NCBI RefSeq assembly: GCF_963921235.1
Contig: NC_086097.1
Coordinates: 206,772,001 to 206,836,000, forward strand
Origin: Mobula hypostoma
Lineage: Eukaryota
Direction of reading: 5' to 3'
Length of the DNA stretch: 64,000 nucleotides
Of this stretch, positions 26,700 to 38,989 are shown in pieces (the first letter of the stretch is position 1; every line of letters starts with the position of its first letter). Position numbers and translations under genes: made by a program. The notes under the pieces were generated by a model. The model was not told the origin of the DNA and made no database searches. It saw only the letters and a program-made list of their open reading frames with translations.

Positions 26700-27170
26700 G
26701 ACAATTATTGTAAATATGGAAACCACAACCTCCCAAAATGGTCAGTTGCATCTTCCCCACTTTTCCACTTTCTGCATTGTGCAAGAATTATTCTCTTGAT
26801 GACTATCTGGTCTGTTAATCCTCCTTATCCACTCCTCACAATTGCTGAGCATTTTCCCTCCAGTCAAAGGAGATGTAACGCCTGTCCCTTCACCTCCTCC
26901 TTCTGCCCCATCTGGGAACCAATATAGCTGTTAAATAGGCAGTGCCCCCTGCACCTCTTCCAACTTAGTCTACAGCTCTCAATACTCATGTACAAATGTT
27001 TGTACATTGGAGAAATCAACTGTAGTCTAGATGACCATTTGGTGGAGCACCATTGCTCTGTCCACAATGGCCAGCTTGAGCATCTAGTTGCATATCATTT
27101 TAACTCTCCTTCCCACTTCCACATCAATCTATCTCCATTGTTCTTATCATAGGCTTCTCCATTGCCACCG
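26700..27170 (+). mobile_element. Old Penelope GIY-YIG relic
   Basis: LYIGEIN..LDDHLVEH and LVAYHFNSPSH are homologous to the 57701-58162 ORF. Confidence 0.6.
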
Positions 27171-27859
27171 AAAAGCAGGAAAATGGTGGTGAAAAAAAAA
27201 ATCAGCCGTGATTGAACAATAAAGAAAACTTGTTGAGCCAAATAGACTGATTCTGCTCACTTACCTTATGGTCTTATGACATCTGTTCCTGAACACATTG
27301 AACTAATATACAATTCAACATTAGTGTATAAACCTTTAATGCTTCAGCTTTGAAAGTTTACTTAATATTAGCATCTTCACATACATCTTAACTATTGCAA
27401 AAGCTGCATGTATCCTGTAGTCATTACCATTTTCTCACAATAATAATCAAAATATAGGTCATGCAGTCTGGTACTAAGATGAAAAGGGTAAATCTGAGTA
27501 GCTTTTTAGTTGATCCATTGCGGAGTTTAATGCTATACCTTCTACTTTTGTCATAGAGTTGAGGATTGCCAAATTATTGCCTCATGTTTATTCATTCATA
27601 TCCTGATAATAAACTTACCATCCCAATAATCAATCCGGTGTACCTTTCCTATATTTACTCTATTTCAAATATATCTTTCCTGAGGTGGGGAGACAAAATC
27701 TATAAACAATATCACAAATTTAACACAAAATTCTCTAACTTTGTTCCCACTTCCTTTTGTAATACTAGCTACTATATCAATTGTCTTCTTAATCTGTTTC
27801 TGTGTTTACTCTTCTATGATTCGGGTTTGGTCTAACATCAACACTGTTGAATGTATCAT

Positions 27860-28480
27860 TACAGTATTGGTCCTTGAGAGTCCAGGATGGTATGTTGCCT
27901 CTTAATTGTCAGGGTAAAGGATGTCTCTGAACACTTGTGGAACCTTCTGAAGAAGAGAGCGAGGTTGTTGTACACAATAGTACCAATGACAGAGGTAGGA
28001 AACGAGATAAAGTCCTGCAGAGTGAATATAGGGAGTTAGACAGACATTAAAAAGCTGCACCTCTGGTCTTAAATTCTCCCACCATAGGAAACATCCTCTC
28101 CACATCCACTCCATCAAGGCCTTTCATCATTTGATAGGTTTCAATTAGGTCACCACTTATTCTTCTGAATTCCAGTGAAAACAGGCCCAGAGGCATCAAA
28201 TACTTTTCATATGCAAACCGTTCAATCCCAGATTACTCCCAGTGACACATGCTAGTGAGAGTGGGAATAGGAGGATAGATTAGATGAATGCACAAATGAA
28301 GAACAAGTGTAGGAAGGAGGGATTCAGGTTTGTGGGCACTTCAGATGTCTTTTGGGGAAGAGGAGATCTCTACCAGAAGGATGATTTGCACCTGAATTGG
28401 AGGGGAACTAATATCCTTGTGGGGAGATATGCTGGTGCTGCTCAAGAGTGTTTTAAACTATACTGACAGGAGCATGGGAG
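27860..28480 (+). mobile_element. CR1 ORF1 esterase relic interrupted by an antisense CR1 3' piece (about 28060-28230)
   Basis: GFRFV..FWGRGDLYQKDDLHLNWRGTNIL. The inner piece matches the CR1 C-terminus on the minus strand. Confidence 0.65.
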
Positions 28481-28808
28481 CCACAGCAGTCATATGCAGA
28501 TGAACAAGCTGAAGCAAACATACAAGTGTGTGACCCGAGAACCATCAGGCTCCTGAACCGACATGGATGACTTTACCCACCTGAACTCTGATTCGCTTCC
28601 ACGCACTACAGACTCACTTTCAACATCTCTACAACTGACGTTCTTAATATTATTTATTTATTTATTATTTACTCAGATTGTCTCCTTTGGATATTGGTTG
28701 TTTGTCGGTTTTTGTTTATGATTATTTTTTTCCTCAAATTCTATTGTATTTCATAATTTTCCTGTAAGTGTCTTCAAGAAAATGAATCTTAATGTAGTGT
28801 AGGAGGTT

Positions 28809-29440
28809 CCTAATAAAGTGGCTCCTGAGTGCGTGTTCATGGCCTTCTGCTGCTGTAGCCCATCCATTTCAAGGTTTCACGTGGTGTGCGTTCTTCTGCG
28901 CAACACTGTTGTAATGTGCAGTTACTTGAGTTATTGTTCTCTTCCTGTCAGCTTGAGCCAATCTAGCAATTCTCCTCTGACCCCTATCATTAACAAAGCA
29001 TTCTTACCCACAGAATTGTTGCTCTCTGGAAGTTTTTTGTTTATTGTATCATTCTCTGTAAGCTCTAAAGACTGTTGTACGTGAAAATCTCAGGAGATCA
29101 GCAGTTTCTGAGTACTCAAACCATTCAGTATGGTACCAACGATACTCACAACACGCTGGAGGAACTCAGCAGGTCGAGCAGCATCCGTGGAAAAGATCAG
29201 TCGACGTTTCAGGCTGGAACACTTCGTCAGGACTAACAATCATTCCATAGTCAATGTCACTGAGATCACATTTCTTCCCCATTCTAATGCTTGGTCTGAA
29301 CAACAACTGAACCTGTTGGCCATACCTGCAAGCTTTTATGCAGTGAGTCGCTGCCACATGATGGGCTAATTAGATATTTAATTAGCTAATTAATTTGACA
29401 TTAATGAGTAAACATATCTGATAAAGCAGCCACTATGTAT
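28809..29440 (-). mobile_element. Tc1-like non-autonomous element containing a Penelope-terminus insert (about 29145-29235)
   Basis: Related ATAAAG(T/C)(G/A)GC motifs near both ends (28812, 29421) and minus-strand MGKKCDLSDIDYGMIV. Confidence 0.6.
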
Positions 29441-32400
29441 TATGATAATAAATTTACCTTGACTTTTGACTTTGAAATTAAAGAATGCAATTTCAGTAGG
29501 GAAGATATACAGGAGCAAGACAGGAAATAATGAAGGTGTGATAGACTAAACTGAATTCACTTTAATGCAAGAAATCTGACCGATAAAGCAGATAGACTCA
29601 AGCATGGATAGATACATGAGGACAAAAAAGAATGTGTATACATTCAGCTCACAGCTGATTTATTACTTTGCAATAGGTACAGAGGTCTGGAATATTATAA
29701 CTACTATGGAATAATTATTGTGGGATGGGCGGGACTGGCAGCTCAGCATTCTGAGGTAGGTACTATATGCATGATACAGGTGCGAGTAAGAGCAGAGGAG
29801 ATGTTTATGGAAACATTTGGAGAGGATATTCCTGAGGGTTCTAGCCAGCAAGGATATTTGGGTGGAATTTAGAAGTTAAATACTTTGATGGGATTCTATT
29901 ATAAGCCACATAATTATCAGTGGGAAATAAAGGAGTAAATATGTAGGTAGACCACAGTTTTTAAAGACAGTGACAGTATCTGAAAAATATTTAATTCTCA
30001 ATTTTTTTATTTTGAAGCTTGATGTCCTCACATTTATAAACGTCAAAATCAAAATTAAGCTGCACAGGTGCAATGAGAAACTTATCTGTAACAACATCAG
30101 AGGTACATAGCATCAGGTGCACACGGTTCATAAAAGAAGCATAAATTAAACATAAATTATTTAACATTATTCAAGAACTATCACAATTAGAACAATTGTG
30201 GTACAAAGTGGTCAAGGTGGTTGCGATGTGGCTATACTGAGGTAGTGGTTATGGTGGTTGGGGTTAGTTCAAGAGCTGAATGGTTGGAGAAAATCAGCTG
30301 TTCTTGAACCTGGTGATGTGGGACCTCAGACTTCTGTACCTCCTGCCCCATGGTAGCTGTGAGCATCCACACTGATTTCTAACTTTCATGTCCTTGACCA
30401 TTCACTTAGCCAGTGTATACCTCCCCCACCCCACCCCAAGACCTCTATGCATCCTTCTTAAATCTCACATTACTGTCCAGCTTTGTATTGTCGGCAGACT
30501 TTGATATGTTACAGTTGATACTTTCCACTGATATACATCGCGAACAATAGGGACCCCTGTTGACAGCCTTCCAGACCAAAAATGATCTATTTATTAATAC
30601 TCCATGTCCCGTCTAAGAACAAATCCTCAATCCATGCTTGTACTGTTTTCATCGCTGTACCATACCTTTTGTGTTTCATTTTATCACAATCATTCCAAAC
30701 CTCTAAGTACACCATATCAACTGGTCTCTTACAGCTATTCTTTTAACTACACCCTCAAAAAGCAAATTTATCAAACGTGCTTTTTTCTTCTTTTATATCT
30801 TTTATTGACTGCCAAATCCAATCATGATTTTCTAAGTGCGCAAACATGAGGAAATCTGCAGATGCTGTAAAATCAAGCAACACACACACACACACAAAAT
30901 GCTGGTAGAACGCAGCAGGCCAGGCAGCATCTATAGGAAGAGTTTCGGGCCGAGACCCTTCATCAGGTCTAACTGAAAGAAGAGATAGTAAAAGATTTGT
31001 AAGTGGGAGGGGGAGGGGGAGAGCTGAAATGATAGGAGAAGACTGGAGGAAGAGGGATGGAGCTAAGAGCCGGAAAGTTGTTTGAGATTGAGTGAGGTGC
31101 TTGTTCCAATTCCTAACTGCCAATGGGACATCAACTGTCTCGACTTCACCACACCTTGTTCCAATTACAACCTCACTCCTTCCGAACGCTCTGCTCTCCA
31201 CTCCCTCCGCAACAATCCTAACCTTACTATAAAAGCCGCCGATAAGGGGGGTGCTGTTGTAGTCCGGCGTACTAACATCTACTTTGCCGAGGTACAGCGA
31301 CAACTCGCGATACCTCCTCTTATTTACCCCTCGATCATGACCCCACTGAGGAGCACCAGACCATTGTCTTCCACACCATCACCGACCTTATCAGCTCTGG
31401 GGATCTCCCATCCACTGCCACCAACCTTATAGTTCCCATACCTCACACTTCCCGTTTCTACCTCCTACCCAGGATCCACAAACCTGCCTGTCCAGGTAAA
31501 CCCATTGTTTCAGCTTGCTCCTGCCCCACCAAATTCATTTCTGCCTACCTTGACACTGATTTATCCCCGCTTGTTCAATCCCTTCCCACCCATGTTCATG
31601 GCAGTTCTCACACTCTGAATTTTTTTCAATGATTTTAAGTTACCTGGCCCCCACTGCTTTATTTTCACCATGGATGTCCAGTCCCTATATACCTCCATCC
31701 CCCACCAGGAAGGTTTCAAAGCTCTCTGCTTCTTTTTGGATACCAGACCTAACTAGTTCCCCTCTACCACCACTCTCCTCCGTCCAGCAGAATTAGTCCT
31801 TACCCTTAATAGTTTCTCCTTTGGCTCCTCCCACTTCCTCCAAACTAAAGGTGTAGCCATGGGCACCCGTATGGGTCCCAGCTATGCCTGCCTTTTTGTT
31901 GGCTTTGTGGAACAATCTATGTTCCCAGCCTATACTGGTATCCGTCCGCACTTTTGCTTCGCTACATCGACAACTTCATTAGCGCTGCTTCGTGCATGCA
32001 TGCTGAGCTCGCTGACTTCATTAACTTTGCCTCCATCTTTTACCCGGCCCTCAAATTTACCTGGTCCATTTCCGACACCTCCCTTCCCTTTCTTGATCTT
32101 TCTGTCTCTGTCTCTGGAGACAGCTTATCTACTAATGTCTACTATAAGCCTACGGACTCTCGCAGCTACCTGGACTATTCCTCTTCTCACCCTGTCTCTT
32201 GTTAAAATGCCATCCCCTTCTCGCAATTCCTCCGTCTCCGCCGCATCTGCTCTCAGGATGAGGCTTTTCATTCCGGGACGAAGGAGGTGTCCTCCTTTTT
32301 TAAAGAAAGGGGCTTGCCTTCCTCCATCATCAACTCTGCTGTCAAACGCATCTCTCCCATTTCATGCACATCTGCTCTCATCCCATCCTCCCGCCACCCA

Positions 32401-32638
32401 CTAGGGATAGGGTTCCCCTTGTCCTCATCTATCACCACACCAGCCTCCAGGTCCAACATATAATTCTTCGTAACTTCTGCCACCTCCAACAGGATCCCAC
32501 TACCAAGCACATTTTTCCCTCCCCCCTTTTCTGCTTTCCGCAGGGATTGCTCCCCTCACGACTCCTTTGTCCATTCATCTCCCCTATCCCTTCCCACTGA
32601 TCTCCCTCCCTGCATTTACCTTTGTAAGCGGAACAAAT

Positions 32639-35600
32639 TTGGATACTGTTGGTGGGGACGACCTACCAGGGACAAGTTGCAGTGGTTGCGTCTCTGGCAT
32701 CGAGACGGGACCCTCAGCTCAGAAGGGAAGGAGGGAAAAGAGGAGAGCAGTAGTGATAGGGGATTCAATAGTTAGGGGGACAGATAAGAGGTTCTGTGGA
32801 AGAGATTGAGAATCCCGGATGGTCTGTTGCATCTGTGGTGCCAAGGTCTGCGATATCTCAAATCGAGTTCTTGGTATTCTCAAGAGGGACGGTGAGCAGC
32901 CAGATGTTGTGGTCCATGTAGGGACCAAAGACATGCATAGGAAGTAGGAGGAGGTCCTGCAAAGAGAATTTAGGGGGTTAGGTGCAAAGTTGAAGGACAG
33001 GACCTCCAGGGTTGCAATCTCAGGATTGCTACCTATGCCACGTGCTAGTGAGGCTAGAAGTAGGAAGATAATGCAGCTAATTATGTGGCTAAGGAGTTGG
33101 TGCAGGAGGGAGGGCTTCATGTTTCTGGATAATTGGGCCTTGTTCCGGGGAAGGTAGGACCTGTTCCAATGGGACGGGTTGCACCTGAACTGGAGTGGGA
33201 CTAACATCCTTGTGGGAAGGTCTGCTAGTGCTACTCGGGCGGGGTTTAAACTAGATTTGCAGGGAGAGAGGAACCAGAGTGTTAGAGCAGATAGTGAGGT
33301 GGAGGAGGATGAAGGTCATGCGAGAACTGCACGTATAGTGCATGGAGTAAAGCCATATCTAACATATATGAGCCTGAGGCTCTGAAGGGTTCCTGTATTG
33401 TGGAAGACGTCCTGCCTCGTCCCTGTGCCGAAGACGCCGCACCCCAGCAGCCTCAATGACTACAGACCAGTGGCATTGACCTCCCACATCATGAAGACCC
33501 TGGAAAGACTTGTTCTGGAGCTGCTCCGGCCTATGCTCAGGCCACACTTAGATCCCCTCCAGTTCGCCTACCAGCCCCGAATAGGAGTTGAGGATGCCAT
33601 CGTCTTCCTGCTGAATCATGTCTACACCCACTTGGACAAGCCAGCGAGCACTGTGAGGGTCATGTTTTTTGACTTCTCCAGTGCGTTCAACACCATCCGC
33701 CCTGCTCTGCTGGGGGAGAAGCTGACAGCGATGCAGGTGGATGCTTTCCTGGTGTCATGGATTCTTGATTACCTGACTGGCAGACCACAGTACGTGTGCT
33801 TGCAACACTGTGTGTCCGACAGAGTGATCAGCAGCACTGGGGCTCCACAGGGGACTGTCTTGTCTCCCTTTCTCTTCACCATTTACACCTCGGACTTCAA
33901 CTACTGCACAGAGTCTTGTCATCTTCAGAAGTTTTCGGATGACTCTGCCATAGTTGGATACATCAGCAAGGGAGATCATGTACAGGGCTACGGTAGGAAA
34001 CTTTGTCACATGGTGTGAGCAGAATTATCTACAGCTTAATGTGAAAAAGACTAAGGAGCTGGTGGTAGACCTGAGGAGAGCTAAGGTACCAGTGACCCCT
34101 GTTTCCATCCAGGGGGTCAGTGTGGACATGGTGGAGGACTACAAATACCTGGGAATACGAATTGACAATAAACTGGACTGGTCAAAGAACACTGAGGCTA
34201 TCTACAAGAAGGGTCAGAGCCATCTCTATTTCCTGAGGAGACTGAGGTCCTTTAACATCTGCTGGACAATGCTGAGGATGTTCTACGAGTCTGTGGTGGC
34301 CAGTGCTATCATGTTTGCTGTTCTGTGCTGGGGCAGCAGGCTGAGGGTGGCAGACACCAACAGAATCAACAAACTCATTCGTAAGGCCAGTGATGTTATG
34401 GGGATGGAACTGGACTCTCTCACGGTGGTGTCTGAAAAGAGGATGCTGTCTAAGTTGCATGCCATCTTGGTCAATGTCTCCCATCCACTACATAATGTAC
34501 TGGCTGGGCACAGGAGTACATTCAGCCAGAGACTCATTCCACCAAGATGCAGCACTGAGCGTCATAGGAAGTCATTCCTGCCTGTGGCCATCAAACTTTA
34601 CAACTCTTCCCTTGGAGGGTCAGACATCCTGAGCCAATAGGCTGGTCCTGGATTTATTTCATAATTTACTGGCATAATTTACATATGACTATTTAACTAT
34701 TTATGGTTCTATTACTATTTATTATTTATGGAGCAACTGTAACGAAAACCAATTTCCCCCGGGATTAATAAAGTATGACTATGACTATGACTAAAGAGAT
34801 TTTGATGAAAGAGAAACAGAATAAAGGGTCTAAAGGTTGTAAGGTAGAAGGGATAAAGTGCATGTACTGCAATGCAAGAACTCTATTGGGAGTATTCTAT
34901 AGGCACCCTGGTAGCAGCAGAGATACTGAGGAGCAGATTGGGAGGCAGATTTTGGAAAGGTGCGAAGATAACAGGGTTGTTATCATGGGTGACTTTAACT
35001 TCCTTAAGATTGGCACCTGATTCATTCCAATGGTTTAGACGGGGCAGAGTTTGTTAAGTGTGTCCACGACGGATTCCTGTCACAGTATGTTGACAGGCTG
35101 ACTAGGGGGAATGCCATACTACATCTAGTATTAGGTAACGAACCAGGTCAGGTCACAGATGTCTCAGTGGGTGAGCATTTGGGGGACAGTGACCACCGCT
35201 CCTTGGCCTTTATCATTATCATGGAAAAGGATAGAATCAGAGAGGACAGGAAAATTTTTAATTGGAGAAGGGCAAACTATGAGACTATAAGGCTAGAACT
35301 TGCGGGTGTAAATTGGGATGAAGTTTTTGCAGGGAAATGTATTATGGACATTTGGTCGATGTTTAGGGATCTCTTGCAGGATGTTAGGGATAAATTTGTC
35401 CCAGTGCAGAAGAGAAAGAATGATAGGGTGAAGGAACCATGAGTGACAAGTGAGGTGGAAAATCTAGTCAGGTGGAAAAAGGCAGCATACATGAGGTTTA
35501 GGAAGCAAGGATCAGATGGCTCTATTGAGGAATATAGGGTAGCAAGAAAAGAGCTTAAGAAGGGGCTGAGAAGAGCAAGAAGGGGGCATGAGAAGGCCTT

Positions 35601-37395
35601 GGTGAGTAGGGTAAAGGAAAACCCCAAGGCATTCTTCAATTATGTGAAAAAAAAAGGATGACAAGAGTGAAGGTAGGACCTATTAGAGATAAAGGTGGGA
35701 AGATGTGCCTGGAGGCTGTGGAAGTGAGCGTATTCACCAGTGAGAGGGAACTTGATGATGGTGAGGACAATATGAGTGAGGTTGATGTTCTGGAACATGT
35801 TGATATTAAGGGAGAGGAGGTGTTGGAGTTGTTAAAATACATTAGGACGGATAAGTCCCCGGGACCTGACGGAATATTCCCCAGGCTGTTCCACGAGGTG
35901 AGGGAAGAGATTGCTGAGCCTCTGGCTAGGATCTTTATGTCCCCTTTGCCCACGGGAATGGTACCGGAGGATTGGAGGGAGGAGAATGTTGTCCCCTTGT
36001 TCAAGAAAGGTAGTAGGGATAGTCCGGGTAATTATAGACCAGTGAGCCTTACGTGTGTGGTGGGAAAACTGTTGGAAAAGATTCTTAGAGAGAGGATCTA
36101 TGGGCATATAGAGAATCATGGTCTGATCAGGGACAGTCAGCATGGCTTTGTGAAGGGCAGATCGTATCTAACAAGCCTAATAGAGTTCTTTGAGGAAGTG
36201 ACCAGGCATATAGATGAGGGTAGTGCAGTGGATGTGATCTACATGGATTTTAGTAAGGCACTTGACAAGGTTCCACATGGTAGGCCTATTCAGAAAGTCA
36301 GAAGGCCTGGGATCCAGGGATGTTTGGCCAGGTGCATTCAAAATTGGCTTGCCTGCAGAAAGCAGAGGATCATGTTGGAGGGAGTACATTCGGATTGGAG
36401 GGTTGTGACTAGTGGTGTCCCACAAGGATCAGTTCTGGGACCTCTACTTTTCGTGATATTTATTAACAACCTTGATGTGGGGGTAGAAGGGTGGGTTGGC
36501 AAGTTTGCAGACTATACAAAAGTTGGTGGTGTTGTGGATAGTGTAGAGGATTGTCGCAGATTGCAGAGAGACATCGATAAGATGCAGAAGTGGGCTGAGA
36601 AGCGGCAGATGGAGTTCAACCCGGAGAAGTGTGAAGTGGTACACTTTGGAAGGACAAACTCCAAGGCAGAGTACAAAGTAAATGGCAGGATACTTGTTAG
36701 TGTGGAGGAGCAGAGGGATCTGGGGGTACATGTCCACAGATCCCTGAAAGTTGCCTCATGTGTAAATAGGGTAGTTAAGAAAGCTTATGGGGTGTTAGTT
36801 TTCATAAGTCAAGGGACAGAATTTAAGAGTCGTGGGGTAATGATGCAGCTCTATAAAACTCTGGTTAGGCCACACTTGGAGTACTGTGTCCATTTCTGGT
36901 CGCCTCACTATAGGAAGGATGTGGAAGCATTGGAAAGGGTACAATGGAGATTTACCAGGATGCTGCCTGGTTTAGAGAGTATGCATTATGGTCAGAGATT
37001 AAGGGAGCTAGGACCTTACTCTCTGGAGAGAAGGAGAATGAGAGGAGACATGATAGAGGTATACATAATATTAAGAGGAATAGATAGAGTGGACAGCCAG
37101 TACCTCTTCCCCAGGGCACCACTGCTCAATACAAGAGGACATGGCCTTAAGGTAAGGGGTGGGAAGTTCAAGGGGGATATTAGAGGAAGATTTTTTACTC
37201 AGAGAGTGGTTGGTGCGTGGAATTCACTGCCTGAGTCAGTGGTGGAGGCAGATACATGAGTGAAATTTAAGAGACTACTAGACAGGTATATGGGGGAATT
37301 TAAGTTGGGGGGGCTTATATGGGAGGCAGGGTTTAAGGGTTGGCACAACATTGTGAGCCGAAGGGCCTGTACTGTGCTGTACTGTTCTATGTTCT
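32639..37395 (+). mobile_element. CR1 LINE (ORF1 esterase, deleted APE, long RT ORF 35658-37259)
   Basis: GDSIVRG, DGLHLN, and a 533-aa RT ORF. (TGTTCTA)n tail. Short AAAT duplication at 32635-32638 and 37396-37399. Confidence 0.93.
33368..34793 (+). mobile_element. Rex1/Babar LINE, 5'-truncated RT
   Basis: LNDYRPVALTSHIMK, DPLQFAY, DFSSAFNTI, GAPQGTVLSP, KFSDDS. AATAAA followed by (TATGAC)n tail. Confidence 0.9.
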
Positions 37396-38989
37396 AAATG
37401 CTCCACATTCCCCTACACTTCCTCCCTCACCACCATTCAGGGCCGCAGACAATCCTTCCAGGTGAGGCAATACTTCACCTGCCAGTCGGCTGGTGTGATA
37501 TACTGCATCCGGTGCTCCCGGTACGGTCTTTTAAATATTGGCGAGACCCCATGCAGGCTGGGAGACTGTTTCACTCAACACCTCCGCTCTGTCTGCCAGC
37601 GAAAACAGGATCTCCCAGTGGCCACACATTTTTATTCCACATCCCATTCCCATTCTGATATGTCTATTGATGGCCTCCTCTACTCTCAAGATGAAGCCAC
37701 ACTCAGGTTTGAGGAACAACACCTCATTTTCCGTCTGTGTAGCCTCCAACCTGATGGTATGAACATTGACTTCTCTAACTTCCGTTAATGCCCCCCTCCC
37801 CTTCTTACCCCATCCCTTATTTATTTATTATTTTTTTATTTTTTTTCCCCTTTCTTTCTCTCTCTCTTTTTTCTCCCTCTGTCCCTCTCACTATAACCCC
37901 TTGCCTGCTCTCCACCTTCTTCTGGTGCTCCTCTCCCCCCTCCCCCTTTCTTTCTCTCTAGGCCTCCCGTCCCATTATCCTCTCCCTTCTCCAGCCTTGT
38001 ATCCCTTTTACCAATCAACTTTCCAGCTCTTAGCTCCATCCCTCCCCCTCCTGTCTTCTCCTATCATTTCGGATCTCCCCCTCCTCCTCCCACTTTCAAA
38101 TCTCTTACTATCTCTTCTTTCTGTTAGTCCTGTACCTCCTCCTATAGATGCTGTCTGGCCTGCAGCATTCTACCAGCATTTTGTGTGTGTTGCATGATTT
38201 TCTAAGTGCTTTGTTAGCACTTCGCAGTAGAATACAGGATTTTTCGCAAATACTGATGTCAGATTAAATGGTCAATAAGAGTCTTAGTTCACCTATTTAT
38301 TTTGAGAATCTTGTCTATTGTCACAATTTCAGAATCACTCATTACTTTCCTTTTGGGAAAATCACCACAAATTTATCCTCCTTAAGATATGTAAATGGGA
38401 AGGATTCAGAAACAGGATGTCTCTCGCAGATACTCAGAATGAAGACAAATCAATTTTATTACAGCGTAGTTTTGCTTCTCACCTTTTCCTCTGCAGTTTG
38501 ATGTGTTCCCTGGCTCTGAGTAATAATACTGTCCTCATCTTCTTTGAGAGTTGTACAGGATCAATAATGACCTAATTTTCCACTTCTGAGAAGTGCCTGT
38601 CCATGATTTTTTTTTAATGAGTTGTATCTGTGCACCCCAGCTACCCTACATACTTCACAGAGTGAGATCTTGGTACAAAGCAAGGAGATCCCAAATAATC
38701 AGAGACAGGCTCGGTTGTACGGATTTACTATGAACCCACACTGATCAGAGATATGCATTATGCCTCTTCAAAGCGGCATCTCTGGGTCTATATCTATACT
38801 GAACAGCTTTTAACTGACCTTCCTTGTTATATAGAAGGCAAATAAGGATATTGGAACTCCATTCTGCTATAAAACGCAGGTCGGCAGTGGTTATTTAAAA
38901 AGGGAGCTTCAAGAGCATTTGTCCAGTGTATGTGGCCTATCAGCAGTGTCAACAGAGCTCTACGAACTAGATAAAAGTACAGAAGGGAT

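Larger units (their letters stand above)
30845..38195 (+). mobile_element. Penelope-like element: inverted 5' terminal repeat, RT, GIY-YIG; split by CR1
   Basis: 30845-31080 is an inverted copy of the 3' end. RT motifs KAADKGGAVV, TMDVQSLYTSIPH, GVAMGTRMGPSYA, RYIDN. GIY-YIG GVIYCIRCSR..IGET resumes at 37397. Confidence 0.9.
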
